This document shows, piece after piece, positions 38,039-52,238 of a DNA stretch of 64,000 bases. How positions within the stretch are numbered: the stretch's first letter is position 1; each line of letters starts with the position of its first letter. The notes beneath the pieces are model-generated. The model ran no database searches. It had not been told where the DNA came from and saw only the letters and a list, made by a program, of their open reading frames with translations. Both the position numbers and the translations under genes were made by a program. Source of the DNA: Sarea resinae (Eukaryota); assembly GCA_026026165.1 (NCBI GenBank), contig JAPEUD010000020.1:62001-126000 (forward strand), in the 5' to 3' direction.

Positions 38039-38814
38039 CTTTGTGGCTAGATTTTCTCTTCCTCTTCTCCGGAAGCTGATTGAGTATGAACAAATGAATT
38101 TCAATGATCGAAATGGCCAGGGCTGCAACGTTCATCAAGTCGAGACTGATGTATGCGTGGGTGTTGGGCACTCAACGGATGAACCGAGCGGCAGAGCATA
38201 AATACCACACATCTTGGATAGAACACACACATCACCGAAAGCACTTCTTCTGCATCAAATTTTATCATAGTGGACGTACTAATCTACCAACTGATCACAT
38301 TCACAGCCCAACAAATGGCCATTGAAGCGAAAAGTCGGCAAAAAGCCACGTACGTAAAATTTCCGGTATATCCAGCTTCAACTAGATGTCAACCTTCTCT
38401 TTCCTTACCCCGACAATCCACCAAATATCTTCTCTCTCCATCCCTCATCGCCCGTCCTCAAACTTCTCTTATCCACCCTCTCCTTCTCCGTCAGGCCCTT
38501 TGTCTGCTCTCACCTTCCAAAGTAGTGGCACAGAACAAAAGATAGCGCCATTCGTTAGGGGTCAGGATTGACCGGGATGCAACTCGTGAGTGGTGGGATT
38601 CGTTACAAACTTTTGGAGATCGTGAGCGTTAAATGTCGGTGTCGGAAAAACGAAGATGACGACCGGAGACGCTAAATTTTCGAAACCATAATGAAAAGCG
38701 GAGACGACCAAAAAGACAAGCAGAGAACCAATTATTTAAATACAGACACACAGCGCGGTCGGTCTTTGGCAGTCAAGAAGCTTCTTGAAGGAGACCCTCG
38801 GCGAACTGTCTGAT

Positions 38815-39850
38815 CTAAGCGACCGTGGCAGTAGGAGCCACGGGCTGAGCGGCAGCAGCCGGAGCAGCGACGGGGACAGGGGCGGCAGCCAGCGCGGCAC
38901 CAGCCTCACCGTTCGTCTCGGCCTCCGGGCAGTCACGAGAGATGTGACCAGCCTCACCGCAGCGGTAGCAGGTCTTGCCGGCAGTATTCAGCGGGCCTCC
39001 GTTGGGAGCAGTGCAGTCCCGAGAGATGTGTCCCTTTCGCACCATTAGTGTTACGTGCACGAGCGCCAAGGGAAATCAACGAACCAGCTTTCCGCAAGCG
39101 TAGCACTTCATGGCCTGAGCCTGGCAATCGCGGGCAAAATGGTTGGGACCGCCGCACTTGTAGCAAGTTGCGGGGCGAGGACCACCGGCAAATCCCCCAC
39201 GGAACCCACCAGCGAAACCTCCCCGAGGAACTGGTGCACCACGGCCAAGGCCGGGTTGCATGCCAGCGTTAGGGCATGAGCGCTATATCCCATCAGCTTC
39301 GTCGCTTTGCCTCTTCCTCCCTCGAAACGTACCGCGAGATGTCCAGGTTGCCCGCAAGAATAGCAGCGTCCGCTGGTGCCAGCGCCGCTGAGACGCAGGG
39401 TGGGACAGTCCGCTTGGACATGCCCTAGACCCTGGCAATGATAGCATTGCTTGGCTGAGTCACGGTGTCAGAACGTTATTGTAACCAAGAAGAATGCTGG
39501 AATGTGCGTACTCTCGGTGGTGCGAGGATGCGGGCAGCCGTTGGACTCATGTCCTGAATGGTGTGTTAGCCCTGTGGCCAGCTTGAGGCCATCGAGACCC
39601 CGAAGATGCGATGGTCCGCCTGAAACATACCAGGTTGCTTGCCTATGAGACGAATTAGCACGAACCCATCAACAAAGACGGAAGAGGAGCTTACAGTTAT
39701 AGCACAGACGCTCCGATGATGAGCAAACCTCTATGGCGAAGAGTCAGTCATCTCGAATGGCCCAGTTCGATCCCATTTCCATCGTCACATACCGGCATAA
39801 TGGCCGACGTTACCACACTTGTAACAAGCCCGACGCGATAGTGAAGACAT
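38815..39850 (-). CDS. GIS2: CCHC zinc-knuckle RNA-binding protein (Gis2/CNBP family), multi-exon
   Basis: MSSLSRRACYKCGNVGHYA..., repeated CX2CX4HX4C knuckles (CYKCGGPNHFARDC, CYACGKLGHISRDC, CYRCGEAGHISRDC) and an RGG-rich linker. Confidence 0.92.
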
Positions 39851-41616
39851 GGTGTGTCGTACTGCTATGGTCTCCTCGGTATTCTATAGGATCTCCGTCA
39901 GAAGACTGTACGTGAGAGAACCAGATAGTGCCCGTGTTCCGAGGCCAAAGCTTCGCGGCGAGCCTGACACCAATACGCAAGCCAGCAAGCTGTCGAGGAC
40001 TGATAAAAGGCCCGAGCAAAAGGGACGACCCGAACAGATCGATGCGAAGAGCCCGAAGGTGGCAGGAAAGGGCAAGTTACCTTTCCGATATCCTCTGTTT
40101 CGATGATCCTTCACCTATACCGGCAGCACGACTTAGCAACTCTGTCCTCAACTTTTTCGGTTTTTTTTTTTCTTTTTTTTATTTATTTCTCTCTGCAGCA
40201 CAGATACTCGGCAGGCGCATGGCTGGGTGTTACTCACTTCCAAGCCAATCTCCGTCCCTTCAGCCAAGCACTTCCTTCCCTCCGACGTCGATGCGCACTT
40301 CAAGGAGATTGAATGTCTTTTGGTGATTGTGATACTCTGGGGTGTTTGGGAGCGAGCAGGTCAGAAAGTAGTCGCAGCGTCGGCAGCAGCAGCAGCAGCA
40401 GCGATATGTAAGGCAAGGTTGGCGGGCAAGGTTAGGCCCCGTAGCGAGACGAGAAGGCCAAGTGCCGGTACATTCGAGCTCATCCATTGCCCATTGTTGG
40501 ACGGTTGGAGTGCCACGCTACGCGGCGAGTACTCGTCCTCTACTTTCAGGCCTCGAAGGCAGAGGCGCGAGGAGACGAGTACTGGCCCGGTACTGGCATT
40601 CCACTGGGGAGGGCATCAGTTCCCACGGGCCATTCATGACGGCGGGCCGGTGGCCTCCAGTTGCGCTGGGCACGAGTGACCAAAGTGAGAAAATTCTGAA
40701 GGGGCAGCAGGAGGTCGTACCGGTACAAGTCCGTCGACGATAGTACTTGCCTCGTACAGTTAGCCCTCTCTCGCCATCGCCGAGCCATCGCTGAGCTTGT
40801 TCCAACCGGTCGAAGCCTCGGCCGCTACCATTGGCAGGCTTGCCCTTAGTGAAGTAGTTTACATAGTACGGTTCGCGAGCATGGCGGAGAGTGTTGTGTG
40901 ACTTGGGTGCTACCTGCTCAAAGGCGCACCATCCGCATCCATCGACCGTAGCTCAGCAGTCCCGTCCTGGTATCCTCGTGCCTCCTGCGTGTCTTGGGTC
41001 TCAGACCGACCGACCATGGTCGCCTCCATGTGTCGACCTTACTACTCGGAGTAGGTAGGTACGGTGTAAGCTGTTCGGTACTCGGTAAGCACTCTCCGTT
41101 GGGTAGGTAGGTACCTATGTCATAGTACGTTCGTACCTCAAGCACGATGCAGTCATCAATGCACGAATACGCAGTACCGCGTAGCGAGCCAAGGGACGAG
41201 GAGGTACCTCTACCTCTACCACACTACCACCTTCCCTGACCACACAACTCAACATATCACGAATCAAGAGTCACGCAACCACGGCCTATCTTCTTCGTCT
41301 TCTGTTGGGCATCTCGGATGCCGACCACTAGCAGATAATGGTGTACTTCGTATTGCCATGGACTTCCATTGCGATGAGGATGGTGATTCTTGCACTCGTT
41401 GCATCGATGAGAAGGTAGATGGCAAGTACTGGAGGTGGTAGCATCCGATACCTTATTCATCAAACCAACTCCGTGTCAAAGCCTCGTCTCTCGTATAGCA
41501 CCTAGAGCCCGTACGCCCACCTGCTTTACCCCTCCGCCTTGTCCATGCAACGCATACCGCTATGAGAAGAGAATCGTAGAACAGTAGAACAGTAGAACAG
41601 TAGAACGGTAGCATCC

Positions 41617-43172
41617 TCATCGCCGCCGCCCATAATCTCGGCCGCGATCACGGTAGCGATCCACGCTCCGCTCTCGTCGCCGATCGTCAGGCCTTTGATC
41701 CGACCGCCACGACCCGTCCTCACGACCACCCCGCCCATGGGGGCTTCGACTCCGACTCCGACTCCGCGAGCGAGGCTGGCGGCCAGCGTCATATGCTTCC
41801 CGATTCCGTCGTTCCCCCCTGATATCATCTTTGTCAAACACCATTCCATATCTGCCTTGCTGACCTCTTCCGTTCTCCGCAGCCCGGTACTGCCTCTTCT
41901 TCTCAAGGTTGGAGAGACCGCCAAAGCCGCCTCCATGCTTCGCTCTCTTTGAATTGGTAGCGGTACGCCACGTCTCGGAGAGCTTGGATACCTGAAAAGA
42001 AGTAGGGTTAGCAAGTAGACAAACTCGACACAAGAACATTGCTCACGCTTTGCGAAAAGTCGACATGTATCCGATGGTCGTCGATCAAAACGCCTTGCAT
42101 CTTGAAGTATGCTTGCTCGCAATCCTTCTGGTTTTCGAACTCAATGAAAGCGTATTGTAGACTATCGCCAGTGCGCTTATCCCGGATAACTTCGCAGGAT
42201 AGAATCTTCCCAAAACGGCTGAAGATAAGCTCAAGGTCCTCATCTATCGGCCCATCATTAGAAATGTCATGATTGTAAAGTTGGTAGGGTGGCTTACCTT
42301 GCGTGACAGGATTGAGCTTGCACACAAAAAGCACGTTTTCCGGTGGCTTGACCTCTGCGAATGGTAGATCTCCAACCATCTCCAGAGTCAAGGCCTGAGC
42401 TCTGGCTTCCCTCTCCCTCCGCAATTTTTCGACAGACTCTTCGTCGGCATTTTCGTCCAGCTCTTCATCATCCGCAATCCTCACCGTAGCTAGCTGTGCC
42501 TTGGACGGCACAGGACTCTCAGGAGGCTCCACAAGGCCTTCGGGATCGTCATATGGGTCGTCAAGAATGACGGTATGCCGTACGCGAATATCCTTCAACG
42601 GCCGACCCTTGTCATCACAGAAAGCTGTGTTTATCTTTTCCAGCGCGTCGAAGCCCTCGACCACCTTGCCGAAGATTGCAGCTTTGCCATCCAAGTAGTC
42701 TAGATTGTCTCCAAGGGTGACGATAAACTGGCTCCCAGCTACCCGCTCGTCAGGATCTCGTGACCCTGGTGCCGTAGCCATGCTGACCGTCCCTCTTTCC
42801 GTGTGCTTGAGCTTCGGGTGAAATTCAACAGGGAAGGTCTTTTTGGCAGGTCCGCCGAGGAGGCCCCAAATCGACGTTCCTCCATCGCTGTCCTTGGATT
42901 GCGGTCCAATTGGATCGCCTGTCTGAAAAGAAAATTCTTTCTGCACGCCGTAGATGGGAGAGAAATTGTAGTATTTGACCTTGCACAGCTTCAGAAAGCT
43001 AGGCAGAGCGTGGGAGGTCTTAGTTGGTCTGCACTCAGCTTTCGGGGGAACTATGGGGGGACGAAAGACATAAGGGGAAGGAGCAGACTTACTTTTCACA
43101 CGCCTTTGGCGCATAATCCACCAACAGATCAATGACGATGTCGCCAACAGAGGTCTCCAAGAGGACGCTCAT
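41617..43172 (-). CDS. PPIL4: Cyclophilin-RRM protein (PPIL4 / Rct1-like)
   Basis: [16 protein letters not shown]..., cyclophilin domain ([22 protein letters not shown]), [18 protein letters not shown]...[11 protein letters not shown]...IHVDFSQSV and an RS/RD-rich tail. Confidence 0.95.
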
Positions 43173-46100
43173 CTCGAGGACGGGTATTGGGCTCCAAGGG
43201 CGCCGAGAAGGCGAAGTCGGTCGAAGCCGTTCGAAGAGTCTCTGGTGAGCGATGGTGCTCAGTGATGCAGTTGCCCATCCAATCTGATCGGTATGACCTG
43301 TTTCGGTTTATATCTCCCGGGAAGGGTCTATCAGACTATTACAGCCATGGGGACTCAAGCATCCTAGGCGATGACGCGACTGCAATAATGCGATGGAAAG
43401 TGAGCGGTCACATAGTACAGATTCACCCCAGCTTACCCTACGGAGAGAGTCGAGTCATGACGGTACCTTGGAACTGGGTACTGCGTACCTTTAATCAATC
43501 TTATCAGTGACTGATCCATCTTGACGAATTCCATCCTTCCTCCCATCGTCCCTCCCCTCCTTCCTCTCGTCTCGTCTCTTATCCTTCCTCCTCTTACCTA
43601 TTCTTCCTACCACCCTCCTCCCAGTCCCTTCCCTTACCTGAACATCTAGCTGCTTCATTCAGTCTGAACAAATGATGCATCGGGCTGCTTGCTACCAAAA
43701 TATATCCTCGTCCCACTGTACACGCCGCTCTTCACGTGCTCATATCGCGTTACCGTATTGCTCTGTCACAGTATTGCCATTCGCGTCCTGGTTCCTTTCC
43801 TTTTTCATTGCTCTTCTTTTCTTTTCTTTTTCTCGAGCTCAATCCTGAGGATTTGCCGTCTCATCGGTTATCAAAATCGGCAGGATCAGCAGGAACACCA
43901 AGATGGGCGCCGGCTACGCTTCCTCCGAGTGGCTGCCAGCAGAGACTCGATACAGAGTCCGTCCGACCAAGTACCACCAATCTGCAGTGCGACCTCATGC
44001 AAGCAAGATACGGATGCTGAGTATGCCGCTCTGGTAATCTGACGTACCGTTCTGCTGCCAGTTCATGCCCTTCGACCCTCGTCCAATGCATGTGAGAAGT
44101 CCCGGGATACTCAGCCATACCTTACTGCCTGGTATCTCTGGCCGTTGAAATTATTTTCTTGGCACGTGGTACCGTCCGAAGGCCCGCATTGTTGGCTCTA
44201 GTTCGTCGTCTACTCGTCACCTTTCTAGATTGGTAGGGCTGTACTGACAAATTCTTGGTCCATTGAACGGTTGGTCGGTGTGGGTAGCCAAGAATACAGA
44301 ACAGTGTCTCCTCCTCCACCTTTGAGCTGAGTATTTCCTGTTGATCAATCTGGCTTCCTTCTGACCCTTCATTGTCTTCGGCGTTAAGGGGCGGCAAAGC
44401 GATCGCTTAGTCTTCGTGGTCGAACCTCATTGATGATGATCTCAGGCCAACTGTCGGCTATCAAGGATCTTTTTGCCTTGTTTTCGTTGTCTTCTGAAAT
44501 ATTCTGAACTGTCATAAGTGCAAAACCTGTCCCCGATTTGTGCAGAAGTCATAATACCTGATTGGCCTGGGAGCTGTGCAGCACCGGCTACAGCCGCACT
44601 TTGCAAGCATACCCTCGCGTAATAGAGGACCCTGCTTCGCACCATGCGAGTTGAATGCACGGTGCGAATTGCTTCAGTCAAGCATTCTAGACCGTCTCTG
44701 CGGTATGGCAATACAGCATTCTCTTACTGTGTTGCGGCTGTTCTCAACCCCTTATTCCTCTGATCAGGCCATTTCGGCAAATTTATGTCTTCTAGATCAG
44801 CTTCACCGATCAGTCGGTATCTAGACCGGTTGATCTGCGTCTCTCATGCGGGTGAGTGGGGGCCGCACGACGGAAACTAGACAGGAACAACCACAAGCTC
44901 AACCCCTTAACGATCTACCGGGCACTCGATGCTGTTACCAACCTTCATTCAACGTGCATCCAATGTTCTCCAAACCTGGAAAATGCTTCCACTCTACTTG
45001 AATAAGTAGGATCTTCGCCAGGTCCATCATACACAAACCAGATCGAATCGACCAGATTCCCAGGTTCGGGCTTTTTGTAACATCATAGTTGTGGATCGTT
45101 CATACCTGCAATGTATCTAGCGATCTGCCTTCCTTTTGGCGCTAAGCTTGTCATCGTCAGCCTTTGAATCCTCCCCTGGTTCAGCGTCTTGAGATTACGG
45201 CTCGGCTTGTTCAGACACCACTACAGTAGTGGACTTCAAAAAGCTACTGCTGAAGGCAACTCGGCATATGTAGTGGCCGTGCGGCATACACCTAGCATGC
45301 GTCAAAGTTTTAGTCCTTCAAAATACGTCAACAAAAGCCCCGCATTCTCTTGCCGGTCGCCTAATTGGTGCTTTTTTCCTCGAATAGACAAGGTCCACGC
45401 TGCAAGCATTGCGGTTGCAAGGATTCTGGGATCTATGGGTCGGCAGAACAAGATCACTGGTAGTCTTTCACTCTGAGCAGAGCGCTCAAGACTTGATGGA
45501 TCCAAAGCCTATCACTCATGTCTAGGGCGCCACAAACATTCGGGCATAGCCAAAGAGAGCCTATCAGACGATCTCGGCTTTTCATTGGTATCGCGAATAC
45601 GGCTCTGAATCACAGCGAGCCATTCTTTCGGATTTTGAGAGTGTTGCCGGATTCTCGTAACCATTTGGATGTTGGGAAAGCCGGTTCTGGCTCCTGAAAA
45701 AGACCTGGAGCGGGTAATGCTCCTGTGGAAGGCTCAAGCTTCTGGAGGTACTGCTACAAAGAGCCCCATGGGACTGCTAAAACAAACTTCGATGGTTTGT
45801 AAGGAGCCAGAGGACTATGTGCTGCCGTTTGCTCAAGCATAATCATCCACTTCAGAACTCTTCACTGATGGTGTCGATTAGCTAATTGCAAACACGCGAA
45901 CCTCTTGTTCTCGGCTGTTTCAATCTCATCTTTAGAGAAATGAGGTCTTTGATTGTCAAACGCAACGTTACGGCTACCGACGTAAATATGTCTCGCAGTA
46001 TTCAGGACGAAAGTCTGTTCCAGACGCTCTTCGGTCGAGAGCTTTCTTTGCTTCAAATGCAAGAACGCTTTGCGGATGCTCCTATGGGCATTCTTTTCGG

Positions 46101-46875
46101 CCGAGACTGTCTGTCCTAATCTCTACCGATCATACCGCTACAGATGCGACCCTTTCCCTACCATTCGAAGCCTTCATGGGCCCAGAGGATATCGCCTATT
46201 AGCTATCCCCGCCATATCGCTTTCAAGAGACGTGCTACGTTCCACGTATCATTCTTGCCCCATTGGACCTGGATCGACCGTTTTCCTACGGAGATGCGGG
46301 CAGCACCGCCGACTTTCATACATCCATGCTTAGCACGATGCATGTTCCCGTGCTATGCTTACGCAGGTAGCGGTACCTGAAAGAGAGTCAGAACCGACTT
46401 GCCATCGCAAACCAGATCTGGCTCTCCTAAGCCATCAACCACTACCGACGGCGACTGGCAGCCTTCGCATACTAAAGCCTTCTAATATTCGAATAACTCT
46501 TTGATCGACCATTTACGCTAGGAGTCTCAGGCCACGTCAAAGCAATCACCCCCGAACCTCGATCCCAACTCTGAGAATTAAGGTTTTTTTATATAGGCCA
46601 TGCAACCCTCCCCCGCTCACCACCCACGCCCTGGTTCCCAGCATTCAATAATTCTGTTGACTACTGCTGTTGTTGACTGGTCGAACGACTCTTCCAGCCT
46701 TGAACTTTAAATTTTAGGTTCACCGGGGGGGGGTCGTCTAGGCGGAATTGATTTACCTATTCGCAAACAGACTTCTCTTACTGCATTTGGGTGCAGCAAT
46801 CACAGTAAGTCCATGCGTCAGCGGTCGCCTACCGTTGTTTGCCGGGACCGCAAGAGCTCAAAACTTACTTAGGCC

Positions 46876-48735
46876 ATGACACGGGCCTATTTCTCCCATC
46901 CGGATGACATCGAACCAGCATGTCGCCGTTCTAGTCGTGGGGCTATTTCTCAGCTGCCCTACCGGTCTGCTTTACCTCCAACTGCGTCTCCTTCTCTTCA
47001 CTCTTGCACCATCACTCGTCAGGGAAGTCAAACAAGCTCGGTTCCGGATCTTGATTCGGATTCTTCGAATGTGCAGCCAAGACGCCGCATTGCTGTTGCC
47101 GTCAGTACACTTCTCGTCGCATAATTCTTATGTTGAAACATTTATCCTTCTCGTAGAATGATCGATATACTCATACTAACGTCTCGCGGACTATTTCAGT
47201 GTGGAAGATGTCGGAAACGGAAAATCAAATGCAGCGGCGATCCAGGGAATGGGCGGGGATGTCAGAACTGTCGGGTAGCTGGGGCCGACTCCGAATGCGC
47301 GTTTCTTAGGGTGCAGTGCGAAGAACGCCAAATGATACTGGACCATTCCCAATTAACGCGCAGCTTCAATCAGGTCAATTCTGTCAGCACAGCTGCCATG
47401 TGGCCTTACTCTGCAAATGGACAGATAAGTCCGCCTCCATCGTCGACACCTCAACTGAGTAGCAGCCTCGACAGCCAGTCAACGGGTTCTGCATCATCCC
47501 TTTCTTTGATGTTTCCGATGGGCGGACCAAGCTGTCCGAACTACCAGAGGCTATCTGGAAGCCAAAGCTGCGGCAATGGGTCCTTCCCATCTACGTGGAG
47601 TGGAAAGCATTCATACCCCTCTCCTTATGGTATCAATTTCATCACCGAGCCTGTCGACCCTTACAATGTACATCCACCGTATATGTTACCGCCTCAGGAT
47701 TCCCTCAGTATGGGCAATTCTGTTGCGACCCAGGAGAGTCTCCGGAATTGGAATCCCATAAGCCATGGTGGTGCGCTTCCAAGCAGGGTCTTGTTTGTGG
47801 ATCCTGACTCTTCCCCAGCTTACGGGACCAGCCACGTTCCATACGCCACTTCCTGTATGTCGCGCACTCCAACCGTCACGTCAGATAGTTCTTTTTTTCC
47901 CGGTTTAACGTCCCTAGCTTCCTCGCTACCAGCTCCTGGTCCTGGCGACAGATTGCTCCCGGTTCCACGGACACAGCCTTCGGGTAGCGGTGCCAGCTCG
48001 GACTCTTTCTCGTTATCCTCGCTCTCCTCTACACAAGCTTTCAATGTGAAGAGTCTCTCCCAATGGGGTAACGAGAGCGTTGCCTCGAGTGGTAGCCAAA
48101 GCTCTACGGGCAGTGGCCCATCCACGAGCACGGCTGCTAATACCGCTACTGACTCGACCGCAATACCGTCAGAATCTAAACCCAGCACGCCAAGTGCCCC
48201 AGAATCTACCCTACCATTCCTTCCACTTACTAATAGTCCCACACAACAATCTTCACCCTCGGGCCCTTCCTCCCTAAAATACCTTTCGTCATCCTCCAGC
48301 CTCCCGCCCCCAATCACGCCTCACAATCCCTACTCCGCCTCGACAAGCACAACAAGTTCGATGTTCCCGCCGGCCTCCAGCAACGAAGCCCTCCTCCCGA
48401 GCCCCACTCACCATAGCCTGAACTATACCTCAAGCCTGTATTACAGTACGGCGTCAGACAGCACGAAACGCGGCGGCGGCAGCGATGCTCTAACCAATGA
48501 CGATGGCTCGTCCCAGTCCGACCAAAGTGGTGTTGGTGGTGGCGGGGCGACACTAGTAAATGGACGGGAGTATGTCCGGCTAGCGCAGCCACAGCCGCAG
48601 CGTTTGCTCGCCTCGAACGATGCCATCAGGAGTCAGGAGCTGCAGGTGGAGAGGCCGGGGACTGCAGTGGCAGTTGGGGCGCATCAGAGGGCAGAAGTTG
48701 GAGGATTGAGAAGGGGTGCCGGAGGGAGGTATTAG
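46876..48735 (+). CDS. Zn(II)2Cys6 transcription factor
   Basis: RRRIAVA | intron 47101-47199 | CGRCRKRKIKCSGDPGNGRGCQNCRVAGADSECAFLR | intron ~47311-47372 | Ser/Pro-rich C-terminus. A possible 5'UTR intron at 46805-46872 precedes the ATG; the start codon is uncertain. Confidence 0.88.
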
Positions 48736-49354
48736 GCTGGGCGTGTAATAAGCACTCGCTACTTACTTGCTTGACTAATAGGGGGGTTTTCTTTTTCTTT
48801 TTTCTTGGCGTCTCCTTTTCTGCCCTGTGCATGTGCATGAACATGGGATCTGGCCGTTACATCTGCCTTCTTTGCTAGCCGTTCCCCTTGATGTCAGCCA
48901 ACCAAAACTCGACCTCGGCCTCGTTCGTCCGTGATAGTCTTTTTCTTTCCTCTGGTGGCTAATTCCCTTTTCTGTTATTTGATTTGCTCGCTACCCTACC
49001 TCAATTTACTTTTACCCTAGCTTTTGGCTTTTTCTCCTCCAGCGGGCCCCTTTTTCTTTTTATTTCCTTAAAAGAGTCGCTCGCTATCTATCTACCTACC
49101 TACCTACTTATCTACTTAGCTGGTATTTGCCTAATTCATCCAAGTCTTGCTGTCCTCTCATCGTATCTGGACGCCTGCAGTCGCCTGCCGTCTATCATCT
49201 ACCATCTACCACCTACCGTCTATCATCTATCATCTGACGTACAACGTCAAATGTGTTCAATCCTGACCACCATCACCACCATCGTCATCATCTCCGTACC
49301 TATTCTAGATATTCGTTCCTCGTTATTTACTTCCCAATCTCTACCTCACAAATT

Positions 49355-49394
49355 CCTTTCCTTTCCTTTCCTTTCCTTTCCTTTCCTTTCCTTT
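49355..49394. repeat. (CCTTT)n pentanucleotide microsatellite
   Basis: Direct reading of the sequence. Confidence 0.9.
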
Positions 49395-50534
49395 CATTCA
49401 TCTTCTCTTTCGTTTCCTCTTTTCTCAATCTTTCTTTGAATTCCGAATCCTTTCTATCCCATCCCAGGTCCCAACTAATCCTGCTTTCCACTTTTCCGTT
49501 CTCCATCTCTGGATCTGTTCGCACACCCCCTCCTCTTGTGAAACTCTTCCTTCCCTCCTCCCCCTCTTTCTTCTCTAACCACGGCCCTCACCACAGGAAG
49601 GCCAAGCGCGAGTCTCGGTTCCTTGGTGCGCTGGCCTCTTAATCTCTTGGCTCCTGAATCAAATTACGGGCCATAGTCCTAGCGTTCTATATCGCCGGTT
49701 CGACGGTCTGCGAATAGCGTGCGTGCGTGCGTGCGGGCGGGCGGGCGGGCTGGAGGAAGCGACAGCAGTAGTAGCGATAAGGCGTAGACGGCGTATCTGA
49801 TATATATACTTATTCCAGCCCTTTCTTTTTTTTTGCTTTTTCACGGGACGGCTGCGGCATGCGGCATGCGGCATGCGGCTCTCTCTCTGTGACTACCTTA
49901 CTTGGGTGGTGGGTTTGGCTGGGCTTGGCTATGTGCTCTCTCTCTCTCTCTCTTTGTGTGTCTTTGACACACCTCTCCGCCTAGTTGTTGCTTAATATAT
50001 GTCACGATTGCTTTTCTAGGTTCACTTTGAGGCAGATAATCTCCGGTAAGGTACTTAATTGTTCCAAGAGATAGCGGTACTACTGGAAGGTGGATCGACT
50101 CGACTGGATTTACTAGTGAGCCTAGGTCTTTGTCTATGAGGTGTGTTATAGTGGTTGGGATCTGAACGGCTTAGGCAAAGTTTATGTGCTGTAGTGAAGG
50201 GGATAAAGGGGAGGGAGAATAGTGATATGAACACTGAGATTTGTTATACTTTTAATATCTTGGAAGCTTGTATTGATGTACAGGTATAAGTACTAATTGC
50301 TGGATGCTAACAGTAAGAGCTTCGTGACCTTGGGAAAAGTAAGTAGGCAAAGAACGCCCAAAGCTTGCCGACCCCCGCCTCCGCTCCCTGCTTTCCTTTG
50401 CCACTACGGTGGCGCCGAGCGACAGGATGCTGGCTGCTGTCTGCCTTGTAGACAGCGTGCGCAGGGGGCTATCGCCGGAAGGAAGAAAGAATAAAGGAAA
50501 GGAAAGAAGAGAGAGAGAAAGAAAGAAAGGCTTG

Positions 50535-52238
50535 TCATTTCCACAACGAATCATAGCTCGGCGGTGCTTCCGTAGGCGGTGTGTCCGGATTCGTCTCCGC
50601 TTGCCCAGGAACCCCAGCGCCATATCCTCCTCGCGCACGCAGCGCAGCGGTAGAAGAAGGCCTCGACTCAAAAGCAGCGGGGTCGTATTCTGGAAAGTCG
50701 TCCTCGCCGTCGTCGCCGAACTTGATGTCGGCGGGGAAATACGAGCTCTTCTTCTGTTTTGAGCTCGATGTTGATGGGCCAGCGATGGATGGCGAGGAGT
50801 CGAAGGCTGAGGGGTCGTAGGCGGGGAAACCGTCGTCGTGGTCGTCGTAAGTAGAGACTTTCTTATCCTTGGGATACGAGGTATGGCTGGAAGCAGGTGC
50901 TTTGCCTTTGCTTTTGCCTTTGCCCTTGCCTTTGCTTTCCTCGTGGCGATCGTCCCACTCATCGTTGCTGCTGCGATATCCTGGGTCGGATCCGTCGTCA
51001 TCACTATAGTATCTCTGCTCGTTGGCATAGCTCTGGGTCATTGGCTTGGGTTTGGGCTGGAGCGTAGGGTAAGAGCTGGATGATTGCTTGGTCTCTAGCG
51101 CTTGTTGGTGTTTCTTGAGCGCTACGAGGTATTCCGGGAGTCCCCTTGCGTCATGGTCTGCGAGGTAGTCGTCTTTGATGTATGCACCGGGAGAGTTGGG
51201 GGGTGAGGGAACGGGACTGGGGAGATGATGCTGTGTCTTATCTAGTCCACGTCGAAGCGGTGGGGATAAGCTGCGATGTCGTTGGTGGGGCGGAGATTTG
51301 CTGCGGGATTCGTATCGATCATCTCGATGACATCTAGATCTCTTTCCCTGATAGAAGACATCATCTCGAGCTGAAGGCGGCGCTTCAATTCGAATCTGCC
51401 TCCGGCGGGACACTAGTTCTGCGGGAGGTGTTTCGATTCGGGGTTTCCCTCGGCCAGGCGCCGCAGCTGGAGGCGGTGCTTCAAGTCGAAGCTGCCCCAT
51501 GCGGGGAAGAGTAGGTTTTCGAGCAATAAACGCCTCTTCGATCTCACGCCTTCCTTGTCCCGGTCTACCTACCACGACGAGCGGATATACTCGGCGCTGG
51601 TCACCACGCAGTGTACTGAACACCTCCCAATCTTGCACGTCAGGTAACGGGTTTCTTGCTCTAGGATCTCCCAAAGAATGGCCAGCTAGTCGGCGATGGC
51701 CATACGCAGGCCAAGGCTCGGCGAGCAGAAAGCAATCCATTGGGTCTCTGTGGGGATCCAAGGAGATGCCCATGAGCCTCGTGGTCGGTTCTTTCAGCAT
51801 GCAATAGTATGCAATCAAAGGAGCCCCGGGTCCGGTGACCTCATAGATGATTTTGTATTTGTAGTGTGGGCTTTCAAGCTGGACGAGGTCACCAGTCATG
51901 TACGCCTCCATCATCACCTCGGCTGGTGAGTATCCAGTGTGATCATATCTGGCGAGAATTCGTGCTCGATATAGCATTTCCTCTTTGACGCGTTCCCAAT
52001 CTTCTGCGTCAATCTCTTGAAACATATGCAGGACCTTGATACAATGACAGTCGTCGTCGTCGTATTCAAGAGTCGAATGAGGAGGAAGGTCACCATATCG
52101 GTAAAATCCCCCATTTCTGCGCGCAATAGCCTCTCTTTCTAGTCTTTGCCTAGAAGGTTGGTTTCTTCCAGACACAAAGTCTCTGACAAAAATAGGGGGT
52201 CGGTTGAATCGTATGCGGTAGGGGTGCAGGGTAGACAT
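50535..52238 (-). CDS. Unknown protein, 567 aa, intronless; paralog of 52847-54559
   Basis: Long uninterrupted ORF; TATAAAA ~145 bp upstream on the minus strand; shares motif blocks with its neighbour. Confidence 0.85.
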   Translation of the reverse strand: MSTLHPYRIRFNRPPIFVRDFVSGRNQPSRQRLEREAIARRNGGFYRYGDLPPHSTLEYDDDDCHCIKVLHMFQEIDAEDWERVKEEMLYRARILARYDHTGYSPAEVMMEAYMTGDLVQLESPHYKYKIIYEVTGPGAPLIAYYCMLKEPTTRLMGISLDPHRDPMDCFLLAEPWPAYGHRRLAGHSLGDPRARNPLPDVQDWEVFSTLRGDQRRVYPLVVVGRPGQGRREIEEAFIARKPTLPRMGQLRLEAPPPAAAPGRGKPRIETPPAELVSRRRQIRIEAPPSARDDVFYQGKRSRCHRDDRYESRSKSPPHQRHRSLSPPLRRGLDKTQHHLPSPVPSPPNSPGAYIKDDYLADHDARGLPEYLVALKKHQQALETKQSSSSYPTLQPKPKPMTQSYANEQRYYSDDDGSDPGYRSSNDEWDDRHEESKGKGKGKSKGKAPASSHTSYPKDKKVSTYDDHDDGFPAYDPSAFDSSPSIAGPSTSSSKQKKSSYFPADIKFGDDGEDDFPEYDPAAFESRPSSTAALRARGGYGAGVPGQAETNPDTPPTEAPPSYDSLWK

